From an uncultured Planctomycetales bacterium (GTDB lineage Bacteria > 4484-113 > JAFGCY01), in the NCBI GenBank assembly GCA_964609245.1, contig CAZSSB010000011.1, positions 6,000 through 69,999 of the forward strand: a stretch of 64,000 nucleotides of DNA, in the 5' to 3' direction. This document shows positions 63,739-64,000 of the stretch, piece after piece. Under the pieces are notes generated by a model, which saw only the letters and a list, made by a program, of their open reading frames with translations, ran no database searches and had not been told where the DNA came from. Each line of letters opens with the position of its first letter. The stretch's first letter is position 1. A program made the translations under genes and the position numbers.

Positions 63739-64000
63739 CTACCTCCTGACGCTGCGCAGGCCGGCCAGTGCTTCGTACAGCTCCTGGCCATCGGCCAGCT
63801 CCTCGAACGCCACGGTCAGCTCCAGCAGGTGCGGCTGGCTGGCGAACCGGTAGCGGCTGTCCGCCAGCGAAGCCCGGCGGTACCAATCGCCTTCATCCTC
63901 GTGGAGCCGAATCTCGAACAGCTTCTTGGTCCGGTTGTAGCTGATGCGCGAGAGCCCCAGTTCGGTCGCCAGGTTGCGAATGCGCACGACGGTCAGCAGG
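63739..64000 (-). CDS. Partial CDS (C-terminal part of a protein continuing beyond the window), unknown function
   Basis: The reading frame stays open to the window edge (…LLTVVRIRNLATELGLSRISYNRTKK…). I recognise no motif. Confidence 0.3.
   Translation of the reverse strand, partial: LLTVVRIRNLATELGLSRISYNRTKKLFEIRLHEDEGDWYRRASLADSRYRFASQPHLLELTVAFEELADGQELYEALAGLRSVRR

Overview
This is a GC-rich bacterial chromosomal segment. GC content was judged by eye and not computed, and no database search was possible. The organism looks like an uncultured diderm: it carries a GT9 heptosyltransferase, a beta-barrel outer-membrane candidate, lipobox lipoproteins, Tat and SPOR. The phylum cannot be assigned from the sequence alone.

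I support about 58 protein-coding genes, three tRNAs (Thr-UGU, Tyr-GUA, Ala-CGC) and one stand-alone 5S rRNA. I saw no CRISPR array, transposase, integrase or prophage.

Most of the window is housekeeping:
- hutH-hutI, rpsA-coaE, an SLT transglycosylase, gcvT and purH
- an oadGAB Na+-decarboxylase cluster followed by an ACT-malic enzyme
- thiE, tatA, pepA, suhB-like, phoH-pgpH and a family-4 UDG
- livHMGF, an APC-Usp permease and a MATE exporter

The features I consider worth a second look are:
1. At 50-56.5 kb there is a two-gene mutasome cassette: a Y-family polymerase with intact catalytic acids plus DnaE2, and no ImuA. Its AT-rich divergent control region carries a 16-bp perfect palindrome over the start codon. 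Next to it is a visibly lower-GC islet encoding a GIY-YIG-like protein and a DUF3800-like protein.
2. The dnaE2 ORF carries two in-frame low-complexity insertions, each built around a pair of near-identical hairpin-forming palindromes. This resembles in-frame palindromic elements of the Rickettsia RPE type.
3. At 28-34 kb there are two GGDEF proteins with destroyed active sites (SGERF, KWDDF) but intact RxxD I-sites. They are interleaved with two secreted PD40-like propeller proteins and an IMPase.
4. An orphan Maf/DUF115 glycosyltransferase sits in no flagellar context.
5. LivH carries an insertion of about 130-150 aa and a lipobox-like N-terminal extension, and no binding-protein gene is linked.
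6. A solo 5S rRNA gene has its own promoter and terminator.
7. A tightly coupled pair encodes a Cys-rich/Rossmann-like protein and a zinc-ribbon protein of unknown function.

All functional calls rest on motifs I could read in the translations, and start codons are often uncertain. Many long antisense ORFs are GC-driven shadows and were rejected.
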